From: the human T2T-CHM13v2.0 reference genome, Homo sapiens
Strand: one strand, 5' to 3'
Length of the DNA: 64,000 nucleotides
NCBI RefSeq assembly: GCF_009914755.1
Contig: NC_060927.1
Positions 28,360 to 44,660 of the stretch are shown piece by piece. The first letter of the stretch is position 1, and each line of letters starts with the position of its first letter. The notes below the pieces were generated by a model, which searched no databases, was not told the origin of the DNA, and saw only the letters and a program-made list of their open reading frames with translations. The translations under genes were made by a program, and so were the position numbers.

Positions 28360-29440
28360 TTTTTTTTAAAAAGCTACTTTATTGAGGTATGATTGATTCA
28401 CAAAAAGTTGTACATATTTTAATCTGTATAACTTGATGAGATTGGAGATAAATATATACCCCTAAAACTATCACCGCAGTCTATGCCATAGACCTCTTCA
28501 TCACCTCCAAAAGTTTTCACCTGCTGCTTTCTTCCTCTCCTCCCCCTCTTCTTCCTCATCCTTCTTGGAATAACACTTAACATAAAATCTACCCTCTTAA
28601 CCAGTTTTTAAGTATATAATACGATGTTTTTAAACTATAGGCACTATTGTATGGCAGATCTCTGGGAATTATTCATCTTGTATAATCAAAACTTCATCCC
28701 TTTGACTAATATCTCCCTGTTTCTCTCTCCCCCATCCCCTAGAAACCATCATTTCACTCTCTGCTTCTGTGAGTTTGACTGCTTTACAATCGTTATATAG
28801 GTGATATTATGTAGTATTTGTTCTTTGTGACTGGTTTATTTCACTTAGCAAAATGCTTCTCCTCCATGTTCACCTATACTGTTACAAATGGCAGGATTTT
28901 CATCTTTTTAAAGGCTGAATAATATTTCATTGTATGTATATACTACATTTTATCCATTAATCTGTTGAAGGACTTTTGTTTTGCTTCAATGCCTTGGCTT
29001 TTGTGAATATTGTTGCAATGGACATGAAAGTACACTATATCTTCACGATTCTGATTTCAATTCTTTTGGAAATACACTCAGAAGTGGGCTTGCTGGATCA
29101 TATGATAGTTCTATTTTTAATATCTGAGGAAACTCTGTACTGTTTTCCATAGTGATGTCACCAACATACATTAGCATCAAAAGTATATAATGGTTCCCTT
29201 TGCTTCACATCCTTGCCAACGCTTCTTATCTTTTTAATTTTTTTAGTAATAGCCATCATAACAGGCATGAGGTGATATCTCATTGTGGTTTTGGTTTGCA
29301 TTTTCCTGATGATTAGTGATGTTGAGCATGTTTTCATATACCTGTTGGCCATTAATTTGTATGTCTTCTTTGGAGAAATGTCTATTCAGTTCTTTCGATC
29401 ACTTTATAATTGGGTTATTTATTTTCATGCTATTGAATTG
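28360..29440 (-). mobile_element. L1MA/MB 3' fragment
   Basis: ORF2 C-terminal peptide 29158-29352 ([28 protein letters not shown]) plus 3' UTR. Confidence 0.88.
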
Positions 29441-30889
29441 CAAGACGAATTAATCAGAAAACACATCGAATCAATTCATCATGAAGACTAAGAAGATAAA
29501 AGGAGATAAAAAGTTGGTGTGTCTGTCCAGTTTTTTTCCACATACTTGTAGAGTTGTACAGTTGTAACCTGTAATTTAAATTCCTGGTGTATCAAAACTA
29601 TAAATCAATCAACAGTAGAAACTAGAAAATAAAATATTTTTATAACATTTTGTGAAAAGCTTGACTATTTAGATAGGCTTACAAATAAAATTTTTTTTAT
29701 TATATCAAAAGGAAATTCACAGGCTGTTATTTGATTTAATTTTCCAACTTAGCTCCTCTAACCTGGTCCAAATGTACATGTGACAGATAAACTCTTGCAG
29801 AGAATAAATCATAAATAAAAGTGAAAATGAAAACATTTGTAGAGATACTTTGTTATTTAGTGAGCAGGAAACCTGACATCTCATCTGAAATCATGTCATA
29901 TTTGAGTATAAAAAAGGTTACTCTATTTATTCTATATAAAAGCTAAGAAAGTAATGAGAGGAGAACAGAAGAATGAATCAAAAGAGGGAAAAATAGTAGA
30001 GGACCTAAGAGAAGGGGACAGGCAATAGCAAATACAGAGTAAATATTAGAAGAGTCCTGACAATTACAAGGATTTAGGGATTATGTGCCAAAGTTTTCTG
30101 ATAGCAGTGAAAGGGAAGTTAGTATTAAAAAGTCAGAAGATAGACATAAAAGTCAAAATGTAATTTAGATTTTAGTATTTTGTAACGGCAACTTTGTGTC
30201 CTTATAAAAGCACGTCAGGCAGGGGATAGCTCAGTAGACTGGAATATGGGGTATTTTATGAAAATGTAAGCTAAGCATCATTGGACGCTAATGTTTTTAG
30301 GTGGGGAGGAGAGGAAGAAAGCAGCAGTTATTATGAAGACACATAAGCTTATACAGTTGAACTGTGAAGAGGCTTTTTGTATGAAGTAAAGTGGCAACGT
30401 AAGTCACAACAAAATAGAAGAATGTAGCCTATACAATAGTGTAAAGTTGAATATATATAAGCAACAGAGTGATCATAATATTTGTCTATATCTCAGTATA
30501 TCGTCTATCTCCCTGGAAAGACAAAAGGCAGAAGTATAAGAATGTTGTGCTCAGTTTAACAGAAATATAAAGGTCTGAGTGTGACTTGAAAATTAAAAAC
30601 AAAGGGAAATATTGGCAGATCTATAAAATATTGACTGACATGTATTATATGATTTAAAAAACTCAGAAGGAGTTGCTATAAGAATCTTTGTGAAATCAAA
30701 GGTCACTGAAGCAGTAGAGTGTTGGGGTTAGTAAAAGCATGAACTTAGAACATGAATAGAACTGGATTTAAATCGTAGGTTTGCTACTTCTTACCTAGCA
30801 TGAGTGACATTGGGCCAGTAATTCAAATGCTTTGATTCTATTTTAGAGATAACTTCCCTCTAGGAGTTACTCCTGGAGTGAATAACATA

Positions 30890-31201
30890 TTTATTTTTTA
30901 TTTTATATTTTTTTGAGAAGGAACCTTGCTCTGTTAGCCCAGGCAGAAGTGCAGTGGCATGATCTTGGCTCACTGCAACCTGTGCCTCCTGAGTTCAAGC
31001 AATTCTCCTACCTCAGCCTCTTGAGTAGCTGAGATTACAGGTGTCCGCCACCACGCCCGGCTAATTTTTGTATTTTTACGAGAGATGGGGTTTCACCATG
31101 TTAACAGGCCAGGCTGGTCTTGAACTCCTGACCTCAGGTGATCTGCCCTCCTTGGCCTCCCAAAGTGCTGGGATTACAGGCGTGAGCCACCACTCCCGGC
31201 T
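30890..31201 (-). mobile_element. AluS, flanked by MIR fragments (about 30720-30870 and 31310-31440)
   Basis: Full Alu; TSD GAA(T/C)AACATATTT. Confidence 0.9.
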
Positions 31202-31649
31202 GAACAACATATTTTTAAAAAGATATTACTGTTTCGATCGCTTTTAGAAGGGTTTTATTTTTATCACTAGATGTAGAATTTAACTTGAGGAGGCACCTAA
31301 TGAGATTGATGAGCTCTCTCATCTCTTAAATAGGGATAATAATATCTATTTCGTAATCTTGTTTTGAAAATAAAATGAGTGCTGTGTGTAATCAAAGCAT
31401 GTAACCCAGTGCCTGGCTATAGAGTAAGATTTCAACAAATTATAATAATAATAATTATTATTATCAACCATTCAGCTAATATAAATAAACTAGGTTTAAA
31501 AATGTGCATTGCTCATTATTAAAGGAATGATCAAAGTGAAAAGACTCCTGCATCTGGCTTATTGTTAATTAAAATGGTAAAAATTTTTTAGGAAGGCATG
31601 CTTATCAATCTGCTGTATGCTTTTTCAAAAGCTAGCTTTGGGTTCCTAA

Positions 31650-32090
<441 letters not shown>

Positions 32091-32397
32091 TAGTTAAAAA
32101 TTGAGCTGCCATCAAGCCCACATTTCCCAGTTTAATGTATTTAGAAAGACATATTTGAAGACAAAGTACATATATTGGTATCTCTTCTAACTTTTCCTTT
32201 ACTGCTGATCTATAGAAGAAAACTGCCTAAGAGGAGGCCTTCCTGCATTCCTATACCCTGCCCATTGGTTGGATTATAGATTTGGGAGGCTGAAGGTGTC
32301 AGTGGGAACCTGAGAGTCTTTCCCACTTCCTTCCTGCAAGGCTGCATGGTGCTCTTAAACTGGGAAATGATGGGTTGGTTTGATTATCTGTACTCAA

Positions 32398-32613
32398 CTT
32401 GGTCTAAATGATATACAGCTGATAAATACTCCTTATAGTTTGTGTACAAAATTGGGGCCTTTTGGATGTCAGTATAGATAGTTTTATTTAACATTTTTGT
32501 TACTTTGGTTCTTTTACTGGGCATTAGAGAATGTTTTAAATAAATGTGTTTGCTCCGATATCCTTCCTGCAAAGCATCTATGATGCATTTAAAAGAATTT
32601 CAATTAGGACTTC
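32398..32613 (-). pseudogene. Candidate exon F
   Basis: Acceptor ctttttgttttaactctag|; degenerate donor AAG|ttgagt; 216 nt; phase-1 frame SPN*NSFKCIIDALQEGYRSKHIYLKHSLMP...YKEYLSAVYHLDQ. Confidence 0.45.
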
Positions 32614-33859
32614 CTAGAGTTAAAACAAAAAGGTTGAATTAAGCTTTTGCTATCAGGAGAGAAAATAATCTTTTTTAGTACACTTTGCCTACATTGTAAT
32701 TCCTTCATTAACGAAGGGGTTGCTGTTTTGCAGTCTCATCCCTAAATAAATTATTTGTTATTCTTATAAATATCATTTGTAATCTCTGTCACACTCAAAG
32801 TTTTCACAAATTCTTACAATTACCATAATTAGTTTCTGCTGATGTAAACCAAATGATGAGTTCCAATAGGGTAAATGTTCATCTTATTTCTCATATTTTT
32901 ATCTGATATTACATTTTTTCCAACTTTCTATTATATACAAATTATAGGATACAAATTATAGGAATTCCTTGGATCATAATCCATATCCAACTGTTTTAAT
33001 TTTTCCATTATTTTGTTCTCATTACTTTTCTATTTTGATTCTGTTCTTACTTTGGGGACTACTATTTTCATAATTAAGTTTAAACGATTACTAGCCTAAT
33101 GGTGATACAAAATATTCAAATAATATTTACCATAAATACCAATTTCAAATAGCCTTTCTCGAAGCAATCACACAAAATGTTATTAACTGTAAAAAGTGTG
33201 AGAGACCTGAATCTTAAATCTATAGAAATTAGAATTAAAAATAGAAAGAATGTCTCAAATAAAATAAACTTTTAGTCTGTAAATCAACATGAACTGATAT
33301 GGATACTCTGTAATTATTTGGGTAACTTGATTAAGGTAGATAGCCCAATTGGATAGTTTAAGTGAAAAAGGTCCATATTGGGATGACTAACATCACAGAT
33401 GAAGTATCAGTTCAGGAAGACTGAATTCATCTTACATTTGGGGGTAAGACTGCTATTCATGTGTTACTTATTCAGATGCTCTTTTCAGATGAAGGGACAA
33501 GGATTAAATCATTTGAAAAAAGCCACATGGTGCTGTTATCTGAGCCAGGGTAAGCCCTCATTGTTGCGTATTGTTTAGCCTACTTAGCTATTTTCCATTC
33601 TCTAAAGTTCATGGCCTGATATTTCATGAGCCAATGGTTTGATTTTAATGGATATTCCAACAATGGGCTAAAATATCCCACCCAGAAAATTTGGCTTTGT
33701 GTATGTAATCAGCTATGTTTTAGAACTGTCCTTACTCTAAAAAATGAATTCTCTTTTCTTTTAAAGATTGTATTTTCAAAGAGTATGATCATTAGCTCTG
33801 TAAGTCCTGCTTCTCTTCTCAAGTTCTTTCCTTCAGTGAGTGAGAACATACATTGTCTT

Positions 33860-34550
<691 letters not shown>

Positions 34551-35502
34551 ATCCTAAAGTTCTTGCATGTTGCAAACACGCCTGGCTCCCTCCAGACAGA
34601 AGGGCTTCCCTAAAGCTGCTCCATTTGTCTCAAAGGTCACATATCTTTGCTTATAAATAGCTAGGTGATTACAGAGGTCTTTGGAGAGGAGATGATTTCT
34701 TAGTAAGGATTAGTAATGGAAGATCCCTAGGCTGTAACCATGATGGAGGCATCACATAATCTGGCAAGGTTCAGCCGTGAAAAACTTATCATTTTATACT
34801 AAATAGCTTGGATTTTATCCTGAAGATGATCAAACCATTTTAGCCATAGGTTGTTGTATGTACAAAAGTTTGGGGGAATGAATCATCATGGGTTAAAAAT
34901 ATCTTTTATTAGTTAAAATCATGACTCTTATACAAATATGAAATGAACACGTCAAAAATTTTAAACTTATTAATTAATGAGGGAACTGATAAGATACCAC
35001 AACTGATTCAAATAGAATTAAAAAAACCACATTCAGGAGTGTTAAGACAGGTTTACAAATAGAGGCAAGACTGATCAATATCCAAAGGACAATAATCAAC
35101 TGCATCTCTACCAGATACAATTCATTCGCATTAATATAGGCCTGGAACAGTTGCATTGAAATCAGTTTTTTATAACTTACAAGGTTGAAAAATAACTCCA
35201 ATACAGTGAAAAGTAAGGATAATCTAGAAAAGCATGCTAATGAGGACAGCCAGTAATCCTGTTTTTATTCTCATTTTAAAGACTTTCAAAATCGTTGCTG
35301 ACTCATTTTATGTACAAAGGATTATAAATAATTTATTTTTGTGAAGTATAATATATGATAGGAAGAGTGGTGGAAAATAAAGCTTGAGATTTTTGGCAGA
35401 GGTAGGTCATGAAGGGCCTTTCATGTTATACTAAATCTTGGATTTCATGTTGAAGGTGATGGAAGAACCACTGAAGGACCTAAGCAAGGGCCTTTTTCAT
35501 AC

Positions 35503-35694
35503 CTTACTTGTATGTTACTATTATAACACCAGTTTATGCCTTGAGATAAGCATTCCTTGGGAGTATTTTAGGCCAATTGTGACGTTCTCTTGGGTTCAGC
35601 ATTTTCACAAGGCGAAATGAAGATTAGTTGGACATCTGCAAGTATGCTAAGTGTTGGAAGCACATCCGTACCCAATGTTTAAGTAATCCCTGGT
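35503..35694 (-). pseudogene. Candidate exon G
   Basis: Acceptor tttgtttgtttgtttttaag|; donors AAG|gtatga (192 nt) or CAA|gtaagg; phase-1 frame QGLLKHWVRMCFQHLAYLQMSN*SSFRLVKMLNPRERHNWPKILPRNAYLKA*. Confidence 0.4.
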
Positions 35695-35723
35695 CTTAAA
35701 AACAAACAAACAAATATCTACTT

Positions 35724-36783
35724 TGTATTAGTTGTCTGCTACTGGAGGGGTCCCCAACCCCTGGGCTGTAGACTGGTACCTGGTAGTGGCCTGTTAGGAA
35801 CTGGGCCACACAGCAGGAGGTTAATGGCCAGCAAGAAAGCATTACCACCTGAGCTCCACCTCCTTTCAGATCAGCAGTGGCATTAGCTTCTCATAGGAGC
35901 ATGAACTCTATTGTGGACTGCACATGTGAGGGATCTAGGTTACTTGCTCCTTATGAGAATCTAATGCCTGATAATCTGAGGTGGAACAGTTTCATCCTGA
36001 AACTACCCCTCACTTCTCCAACTCCAGGATGCACCATCTGTGGAAAAATTGTCTTCCACTAAGCCAGTCCCCTAGTGCCAAAAAGGTTGGGGACCACTGT
36101 GCTACTGTATAGCGAATCACCCCCAAACTTAGTGGCTTAAAATGGCAATAAATATTTATTATCTTGCTCTTTCTGTGGGTCAGGAATTCAGAAATAATTT
36201 AGTTTGAATCTTCCGGCTTGGAGTCTCTCATGAAGTTTTAGTCAAGATGTTCCCTGTGTCTGCAGTTATCTAAAGCTTGACTGGAGCTGAAGGATACACT
36301 TCTGGTCAGGCTTTCCAGAGTGCCTCACTTATTAGGCTGACAAATTGTTGGTGTGAGGGCTGTTTCTCTCCATATGGGCTTTCCCACACAGCTGCTTGAG
36401 TGTCCTCGTGACATGGCAGCTAACTTCCCCCCAGTGGAGCAATTGAAATAGAAAGAGCCAGGTGAGAGTAATTTTTAAATTTTTTTTTATGACCCAGCCT
36501 CAGAAATAACATGACATCACTTCTATCACATTCTATTTACTAGAAGAAAGTCATGAAATCTGGTCCTCATGCAAGTGGTGGAGAATCAAACTTTTATTTT
36601 TTTTTTTCAGATGGGGTTTTACTATGTTGCCCAGGCTTGTCTCAAACTCCTGGCCTCAAGTGATTCTCCTGTGTTGGTCTCTCAAAGTCCTGGGATTACA
36701 GGCATGAGCCACTGTGCTTGGCATAGGCTCCTTTTCAAGAAAGGAGTTTCAATGAAATTACTAACAAATTTTAAATCCACCAT
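35724..36783 (-). mobile_element. MLT1 LTR interrupted by MER1B and a FLAM (about 36594-36725)
   Basis: tgtattagttgtct...ccccaaacttagtggcttaaa...ctgtgggtcaggaattc...acatggcagctaacttc. Confidence 0.75.
35745..36099. mobile_element. MER1B (hAT-Charlie) DNA transposon
   Basis: TIRs AGGGGTCCCCAACC / GGTTGGGGACCACTG; 8-bp TSD TGCTACTG. Confidence 0.88.
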
Positions 36784-36828
36784 GTGTATGAGTAACTGTA
36801 ACTCATCTTTACCAGTTATTTATATTAC

Positions 36829-37213
36829 CATAGTTGTATCAAAACCGTGCACACCCACACTTTTTGATTAATTCTAATTGGAGCAAGGAATGAATATTTT
36901 AAAATTGCTCCCCACTACATGACCACTGTGGGTTGACACAGTTACAAGCTGAGTTTTATTACTGTACCCACATAGAGCAATATCCATATTGTGTTTATAT
37001 ACATCAATGCATAGGAAGAGGCCACCCTTTTAAAATTTACGCAAGTGACAGGTTTATTGGCATCAAGCTTCAATTTAGAGTGCACTGGAGATTTCCAACT
37101 GCACTCATCCACCTTCACATGCGAAACTCTCAGAGAATCCATCAAATCCACAGATTTGTCTTTTTTATTTTATACTAAAAATATTGCTGGCATATGACTT
37201 GTAGTATATATTC
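36829..37213 (-). pseudogene. Candidate exon H (frameshifted)
   Basis: Acceptor ttcattttattaacttacag|, donor ATG|gtaata; open stretches NIYYKSYASNIFSIK / KDKSVDLMDSLRVSHVKVDECSWKSPVHSKLKLD / GGLFLCIDVYKHNMDIALCGYSNKTQ in shifting frames. Confidence 0.4.
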
Positions 37214-37322
37214 CTGTAAGTTAATAAAATGAACATACCTACATCTAGATATTCGTTCCTGGAGTTTGCCTAACTGGCTTCCATTTTGCGTAAATGTTAA
37301 TGCTTGAATCTTAACCAACTAC

Positions 37323-37403
37323 CTGCTGACCCTGTGCGTTTTCACTTTCGATGTTTTCAATGTTAATTTCACAAGCAAAGTACTCTTTGGAAATAAGTTG
37401 CAT
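37323..37403 (-). pseudogene. Candidate exon I
   Basis: Acceptor ...ccctgtatattaaacag|, donor CAG|gtagtt; 81 nt; open in phase 2 (CNLFPKSTLLVKLTLKTSKVKTHRVS) and also in phase 0. Confidence 0.4.
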
Positions 37404-37975
37404 CTGTTTAATATACAGGGTTGTGGCAAAAAGGCAGAAGAGTTACTTTCCACTTGCTCGAGGGAGCAGGTAGCCAGCCAATATTACACGTCGTCCCACT
37501 GGCTGTGCGGGGCCCTGATGACAGGTCCCTATGAGCTTGTTGACAGCAGTTTCCTGCCAAGAAACAGCCCCCTATACCATATGTTTATTTTTGGCTGAGA
37601 AAATCCCTCAAGCAGTGAATTCTAACACTCTCGGGTACCTCTAATTATCTGAAGGGATACGGGAAAATTCTCAGTCTAGTTTCTAAAACTAACATCAATT
37701 TTAATTCATCTTTATTAAAATTTGTGAAACCAGTAATTGATTTCAGAGAAGAAGGATGATAGAGGGAGTAGCTGTTCAGAAATTGAAGAAAGAGTAGCTG
37801 GTCAATTCTAAAACTTGAGAATCAGGGCCTGAGAAGCAGAGAGACAAGTAGGCTTTTTTGAAAGTATTCAGATCTCAGACCTTGCTTGTCTTGGTCTCTG
37901 ACATGCCTTTTGTGTTATATTCTGGAAAGTGCTAACTTCTCTAACCTGACCAGGAAGTTAGAAATAGTTCTATAT

Positions 37976-38313
<338 letters not shown>

Positions 38314-38677
38314 CTATATGGTCACTATTAAAATTTGAGCAATAAACTTTGTTTAATAGCTTTGCTTAATGTTGGTTTATGAATCAGGTATAATGTTGAT
38401 TGATTTAATTCTGCAGCACAGTGGAAATTACGTTGAAATGTCCTTCTGATTTCATGTGTAAGAAGCGGGCAACTGCATGATAGAATTCAAGCTGAACTCC
38501 CTGTCTGTGTACTCACAAGCAAGCACTCTTACTGAGATGTAATATTAAATGTGCCTTACAGTTTTATAAATAGGTAGTGATGGAGGGATTTGATTTAAAA
38601 GAAATTTTGATTTTTAAATACATTTAAAAATGTATTTGTTACTATGTATTTCAAATATAAGGAGCTTACTCTCCACC

Positions 38678-39111
<434 letters not shown>

Positions 39112-39538
39112 TCCACCTTTATTTATGTCCTAATTTAGATATGAATTTAATTAGATTTGTCCCTGACAGTTGATTTTGTATCTTCTTATTGTCCTTGTTA
39201 ATGATATTAGAGAGATGATGATCCCCAAGAACATGTGAAATGGAAACATATTTCTTAACCATATTATTTTCTGAGAGCCTTGTGTATTAACATGTCTGAT
39301 GCTACCTTCTGTTTCTTGAGAGGTTCTAAGAACCACTACCCTCATACTAAAACATGTCTCTTTTAATGCTCTCTGAAATCCCCCCAAATAACTTCTCACT
39401 AAAGGATCTCTTATTGTGTCACTGTTTAGGGCATTTAGATATTCAGGCAATGCACTAGAGTTTTTCAGTGTATTTGATTAATCCAGGATTGCCCAGAGAT
39501 TTAAGGAAACAAGATTTAAAATAGATCTACTTTTAGTG

Positions 39539-39893
39539 TTTATTAGTCCATTTTCATGCTGCTGATAAAGACTACCCGAGACTGGACAATTTACAAAAGA
39601 GAGAGGTTTGACTGGACTCACAGTTCCACGTGTCTGAGAAAGCCTCACAATCATGGCAGAAGGCAAGGAAGAGCCAGTCATGTCTCACATGGATGGCAGC
39701 AGGCAAAGAAAGAGAGCTTGTGTAGGGGAATTCCTCTTTATAAAACCATCAGATCTTTTGAGACTTACTCACTATCATGAGAACAGCAGGGAAAGACTTG
39801 CCCCCATGATTCAATTACCTCCCACCAGGTCTCTCCTACAACAGCTGGGAATTCAAGTTGAGATTTGGGTGGGGACACAGCCAAACCATATCA
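39539..39893 (-). mobile_element. THE1(C/D) solo LTR
   Basis: tattagtccattttcatgctgctgataaagac...ggggacacagccaaaccatatca; flanks TAGTG/CAGTG. Confidence 0.9.
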
Positions 39894-40262
39894 CAGTGTT
39901 ACAAAAAAAAATACTATAAATCAGCATCACATTATTTACCTTTAAATGTAGGATGTTGGAAGACCTTAGACCTTCTATATTTCAGAGTTCTTGTACTCTT
40001 TTTTCACCATTCAGTGAGAAAAATGTTTGATGGATACTGTGTTGAGTACAATGGGAACTGTTTTATTGAGCAGGCAGCTCTGTCTAGAATCGTCACATTT
40101 CAGCCTTTGGATAGAGGCTCATGGACAGTGCTATTCTAGGTTGTAAAACCATATAGATTAGACCACCGTAGGCAGAGAGGATGCACCACATTTTGTTTAT
40201 CCATTACTGATTGATGTTTTTTCCCCCCAGTTTTGGGCTCTTATTAATAATCCTGTTATTGC

Positions 40263-40977
40263 TGAGAGAGAAGGAAGAAAGGAACTAGCTAGGCAGATAG
40301 TTAGGGCAAAGAGTCCTTGGCAGAATTCCTTCTCTAACAAAGAGCAGCCTGGAAGATGGGGCTGCAAACGTAGATAAGGAGCAAGTTCCAACACAGAGAG
40401 GGACCCTCCTGTGTAATCAGCAATCTTCACATCCATTTGGTGGGCCCCAGTAAGCACAGTGGGCCCTAGTGAGCACTTTCCTTTCCTTTTTGGACATTCT
40501 CAGATAAGGAAGCTTGCATGAGGCAGGGGTGCCTGCATCTGCACCTGTAAGAGGAACTACTTTTGGCCAGGCATGTCCACCGTGGAGGATTCTGCCCCCT
40601 TAACACATGCACAGTAAAAAACATAAGCAACATGAAGTTACTTAGGCCAAGAACCTGCCTGTGCAATAAAAGGTTGGGGTAGGGGCTGCCAGAGACTCTC
40701 ACCCTATGCAAATGACACACCTAGTTCTAACTGGTTTTTCGTGCCTTATGTAGATGAGATACCCCCTCCCCACTAGCTTGTTTATAAAAACCCTTGTATT
40801 TCACTGTGAAATGGCAACCATTTTTTGGGACCCCTCTCTGTGGCAGAGGGCTTTCTCTCTTTCTCTCACTTATTAAACGTCTGCTCTAACCTCACCCTTG
40901 GAGTGTCTGCATCCTTGATTTCCTTGGCCACAAGACAAAGAACTTTGGGTGGCACCCCAGACAATGAGATGGCTTCA
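40263..40977 (+). mobile_element. MER50-family solo LTR (ERV1)
   Basis: TGAGAGAG...GGCTTCA; TATAAAA and ATTAAA; 4-bp TSD TTGC. Confidence 0.78.
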
Positions 40978-41009
40978 TTGCCATTTGGATAGAAGTCTTT
41001 TTTGCCTTT

Positions 41010-41990
41010 TATTTTCATTCTGAATTTTTACTGTGGCAAATTTCATATATACATAAACCAAAGTAAGCAAAACAATGTAATAAATTCTCCTGAGCCCATG
41101 ATCCAGGTTTAACAATTATGCATTTATGGCCAATCTTGTTTCTTTTCTACCCCACTCACTTTCCCTACATCAGTATTATTTTCAAACAAATCTCTGACGT
41201 AATATCACTCTATTCATAAATATTACAGTACCTGTCTCTAAAAGATAAGCCCCTCTTCTAAAAACATTACTGTAGACCATCAGCATATTGAAAAAATTAC
41301 ACAGATTTTAAAAATTTCCTTATTAGATGTCATCTGTATCCACATTTCCAGTTTTCACATAAATATTATTAAGTTTGATGATTGCTTGAGTTAGTATCCA
41401 AATAAGATTCACATACTATAGGTGATTAGGATAAGTATTCTACATCTTTTTAAAATCCATAAGTTCCCCCTTCATCTCTGTCTCTTTCTCAGAATTTATT
41501 TGTCAAAGAAACTGGGTCATTTATCTCTTAGAGTTTCCTGCAGTTTCACGTTCCCTGACTGCGTTCCTGTGGTGCAGTTTAACATGTTTCCATGTCCCCC
41601 GTATTTCCTATGAAATGGTAGTTGGACCTAGAGGTTTGATCAGATTCAAGTTTCATTTAAAAATTTTATATGGTGTGTTGTTTTCCCATCTGCAGGAACA
41701 TAATGCATGATTTTCTCTTCGTTTTGTGATATTAGCCATCTTTGAACATCATTAATTGATCCTCAGTTCATTAAGAGTTGCAACAGAATGATATTTCAAT
41801 GCCTCAATAAAGAGAAACTCCTCGCATCTACTATTTGGTTATCAAATGGCAGAGTTAATAAAAGAGAGGAGGATGAATTCTCATTTCTTTTTCTCATCAG
41901 TTTTCAAAATAGTAACTTTCTCTAGCATCCACAAAAGGTGACCAGTTCACATCTTTTTAAACATAATGCTCTAGATTTAAATTTAATTAC
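41010..41990 (-). mobile_element. Old L1ME 3' UTR fragment
   Basis: Decayed L1ME-type text (ttatggccaatcttgtttc...tattattttcaaacaaatc...gaaactgggtcattt). Confidence 0.65.
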
Positions 41991-42271
41991 GCTTGATCTA
42001 ATTCCATTTTAATATTAGACACATATATAATAATTTATGTTTTGATTCAAATCTATTTCTATGTCCTCATAGTGGCTAAGCTTGCCCAGTACAACACAGA
42101 GGGACACCAACATCCTCTTCTGTAACCATTGTTTCATGCATCTCCCTTTGCTGGGACAAGGAAAACAATTGTGCAACCAACTGGGTATAGGGTAGAGGAA
42201 GTTGGCAGAAAATTCTGATCAAAACTGCTTTCAAAGGGTCATAAGAGAATTTTCTTAGGGTGATGAAACTC

Positions 42272-42569
42272 TTTTTTTTTTTTTTTTGAGACAGGGTCTT
42301 GCTCTGTCACCCAGGCTGGAGTGCAGTGGCATGCTCACAGCTCACAGCAGCCTTGACCTCCTAGGGTCAAACAATCCTCCCACCTTAGCCACCCAAGCAG
42401 CTGGGCCCATGGGCACATGCTATTATGTCAGGCTAATTTTTCTATTTCTTGTAGAAATGCGGTTTCACAATGTTGCCCAGGCTGGTCTTGAACTCCCTGA
42501 GGTCAAGCAGTCTATCTGCTTCACTTCCCAAAGTGCTGGGATTAGACGCGTGAGCCACCATACTCAGCT
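42272..42569 (-). mobile_element. AluJ
   Basis: gagacagggtcttgctct...cacagcagccttgacctcc; flanks GAAACT. Confidence 0.9.
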
Positions 42570-42901
42570 GAAACTTTCTTACACCTTGGTTTTAGTGTTG
42601 TCTGTATTTGTCAAAACTTATAGAACTGTACATTTAAAAAGACGAATTACACCTAAAAGAAAATTATACCTATGTAAATTATACCTAAAAGAAAACCACA
42701 ATTATTACTTGACTTTAACAATGCATCTAGTGTAATACATATTTTTTCCTATTTTCAATTTATTTGTAATGCTTAATTAAAAATTATTTTTAAAATGTTT
42801 GAATTTGAAAAAATACATTAATAACTTTAACTTGATTATGATGACTTTATGACTTCAGGTAAATTGCTTTTAAAAAACATATAATGTGAAAATTTAAGTT
42901 A

Positions 42902-43215
<314 letters not shown>

Positions 43216-43226
43216 TTAGCTAGGAT

Positions 43227-43805
43227 TCAGTGGTTTCCAAATTTTGATGCACATTAGAATCAGTCAAGAACTTTTAAAATCTTTCTTCCTGGAATGTTTG
43301 GGAGTGGAAACCTGGCATTAGGATTTAAAAATGTTTCCCTGATGCTTCCCTGGTGATTCTAGGGAAATAGTCAAGGTTGAGAACTATTGCTATAGGGTCT
43401 TTTCTTGTTTTCAATTTTGGCTGTATGTTGGAATCACCTAAGGACTAAGGGGCCTTTAAAAGCTATTGATATATGGGCTGACCCTCCCCAAATTAGGATT
43501 TGTGCTGCCTGGGTTGGGGGCCTGAGTGCTGAGAGTTTAAAAAGCTCCCCAGGTATTTCTGCTATGCAACCAAAGTTGGGAACTACTGGTCTATACAGTG
43601 TACCTTCTAAAGCTATGTAGAATTTGCTGCTCCCCTGCCACTTCCATTGGTCCCCAGACTAATAGCATCAGTGTTACCTGGAAATATATTCTCAAATCTC
43701 ACCCCAGACTTACTGAATGAAAAACTCAGAAGGTGGGGCCGAGAAATATTTGTGTTTCAAGCTCTCCACCTTCATCTGATATACAGTACAGTTTGAGAAG
43801 CACTG
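43227..43805. mobile_element. Cluster of about three MER5A/B DNA transposons
   Basis: cagtggtttccaaa...cattagaatca; gttgagaactattg; gttgggaactactg; gtttgagaagcactg. Confidence 0.7.
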
Positions 43806-44465
43806 CTTGGGGAGATTTGGTGGCCATTTTTTAGTTATTGATGGCAGAATTGGACTCTCACTGCTAGAACCTGAGGGAGGCTCCTGTGTGGATTTGGCCA
43901 TTCTAGCATCTGAAACCCAGGTCAAAGATACTGGAGAATTATTTTAATATTGTTTTGACATATTTGATTGCTCCTGTGCTGAAGTGGCATGAATGTTGTG
44001 GAGCTCTAAGAATGGCCATCCCATTCATGTAGAGTTATTTTAACAAACCAGGGAAAATGCAAACAATAGTATCTTTTAGATGCACTCAATTACACTGCAT
44101 TGCTATTAATATGGCCCAGTTCTCTGTGATTCTGTTTTAGAATCTGCAGGTCTTTCTTTGTTAGATCTCCTTTGATTTTGTTTTTTTTTTTTTAAAGTGA
44201 AAGCTCATCTTGAAAGAGAACCACTTTTATAATAGAAAGTCCAGAGACTTCAGTGATTCTTTATCACAGTGTCCTCTCTTTTAGTATTGCTCAGATTTTA
44301 GGTTTTGTTGTGACAAGACTTCATAAAATGTTTAAAAAGATAATTTTCTTCAACTGCATTTTATACTGATTTAGAAAGACCTAAACACGTGCATCTTAGA
44401 AAACAGTGCTATATGAAGGATGTTTTTTTCTTCATATAGGCTGGATAAGACATGTATCCAATCAC

Positions 44466-44660
44466 TTAAAGTCTATGGTACAGGGTGGCAGTGGAAACAG
44501 ATAACTTTGAAATGGAGCTATCTTATGGTTTGTTGTAAACAGGCATAAAAAGTAAAATCGACTAAAAACTCTTAATAAATAAAACCCGAAGTGAAGATAA
44601 AAAATTTGAGTATCTCCAGTAATATCTGACACTTGAATTCTTTCTCCAACAATGGAAGAC
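44466..44660 (-). pseudogene. Candidate exon J
   Basis: Acceptor ttctgtttagaatttgcag|, weak donor TAA|gtgatt; 195 nt; fully open in phase 2 (SSIVGERIQVSDITGDTQIFYLHFGFYLL...PPCTIDF). Confidence 0.45.

Noticed and set aside
33737-33831. Possible minus-strand exon (donor AGA|gtaagg)
   Set aside because: Weak acceptor, abuts an L2 fragment, and its phase does not fit the neighbours.
44409-44439. 10-bp stem CTATATGAAG / CTTCATATAG
   Set aside because: Short and AT-rich; plausible by chance in 64 kb.
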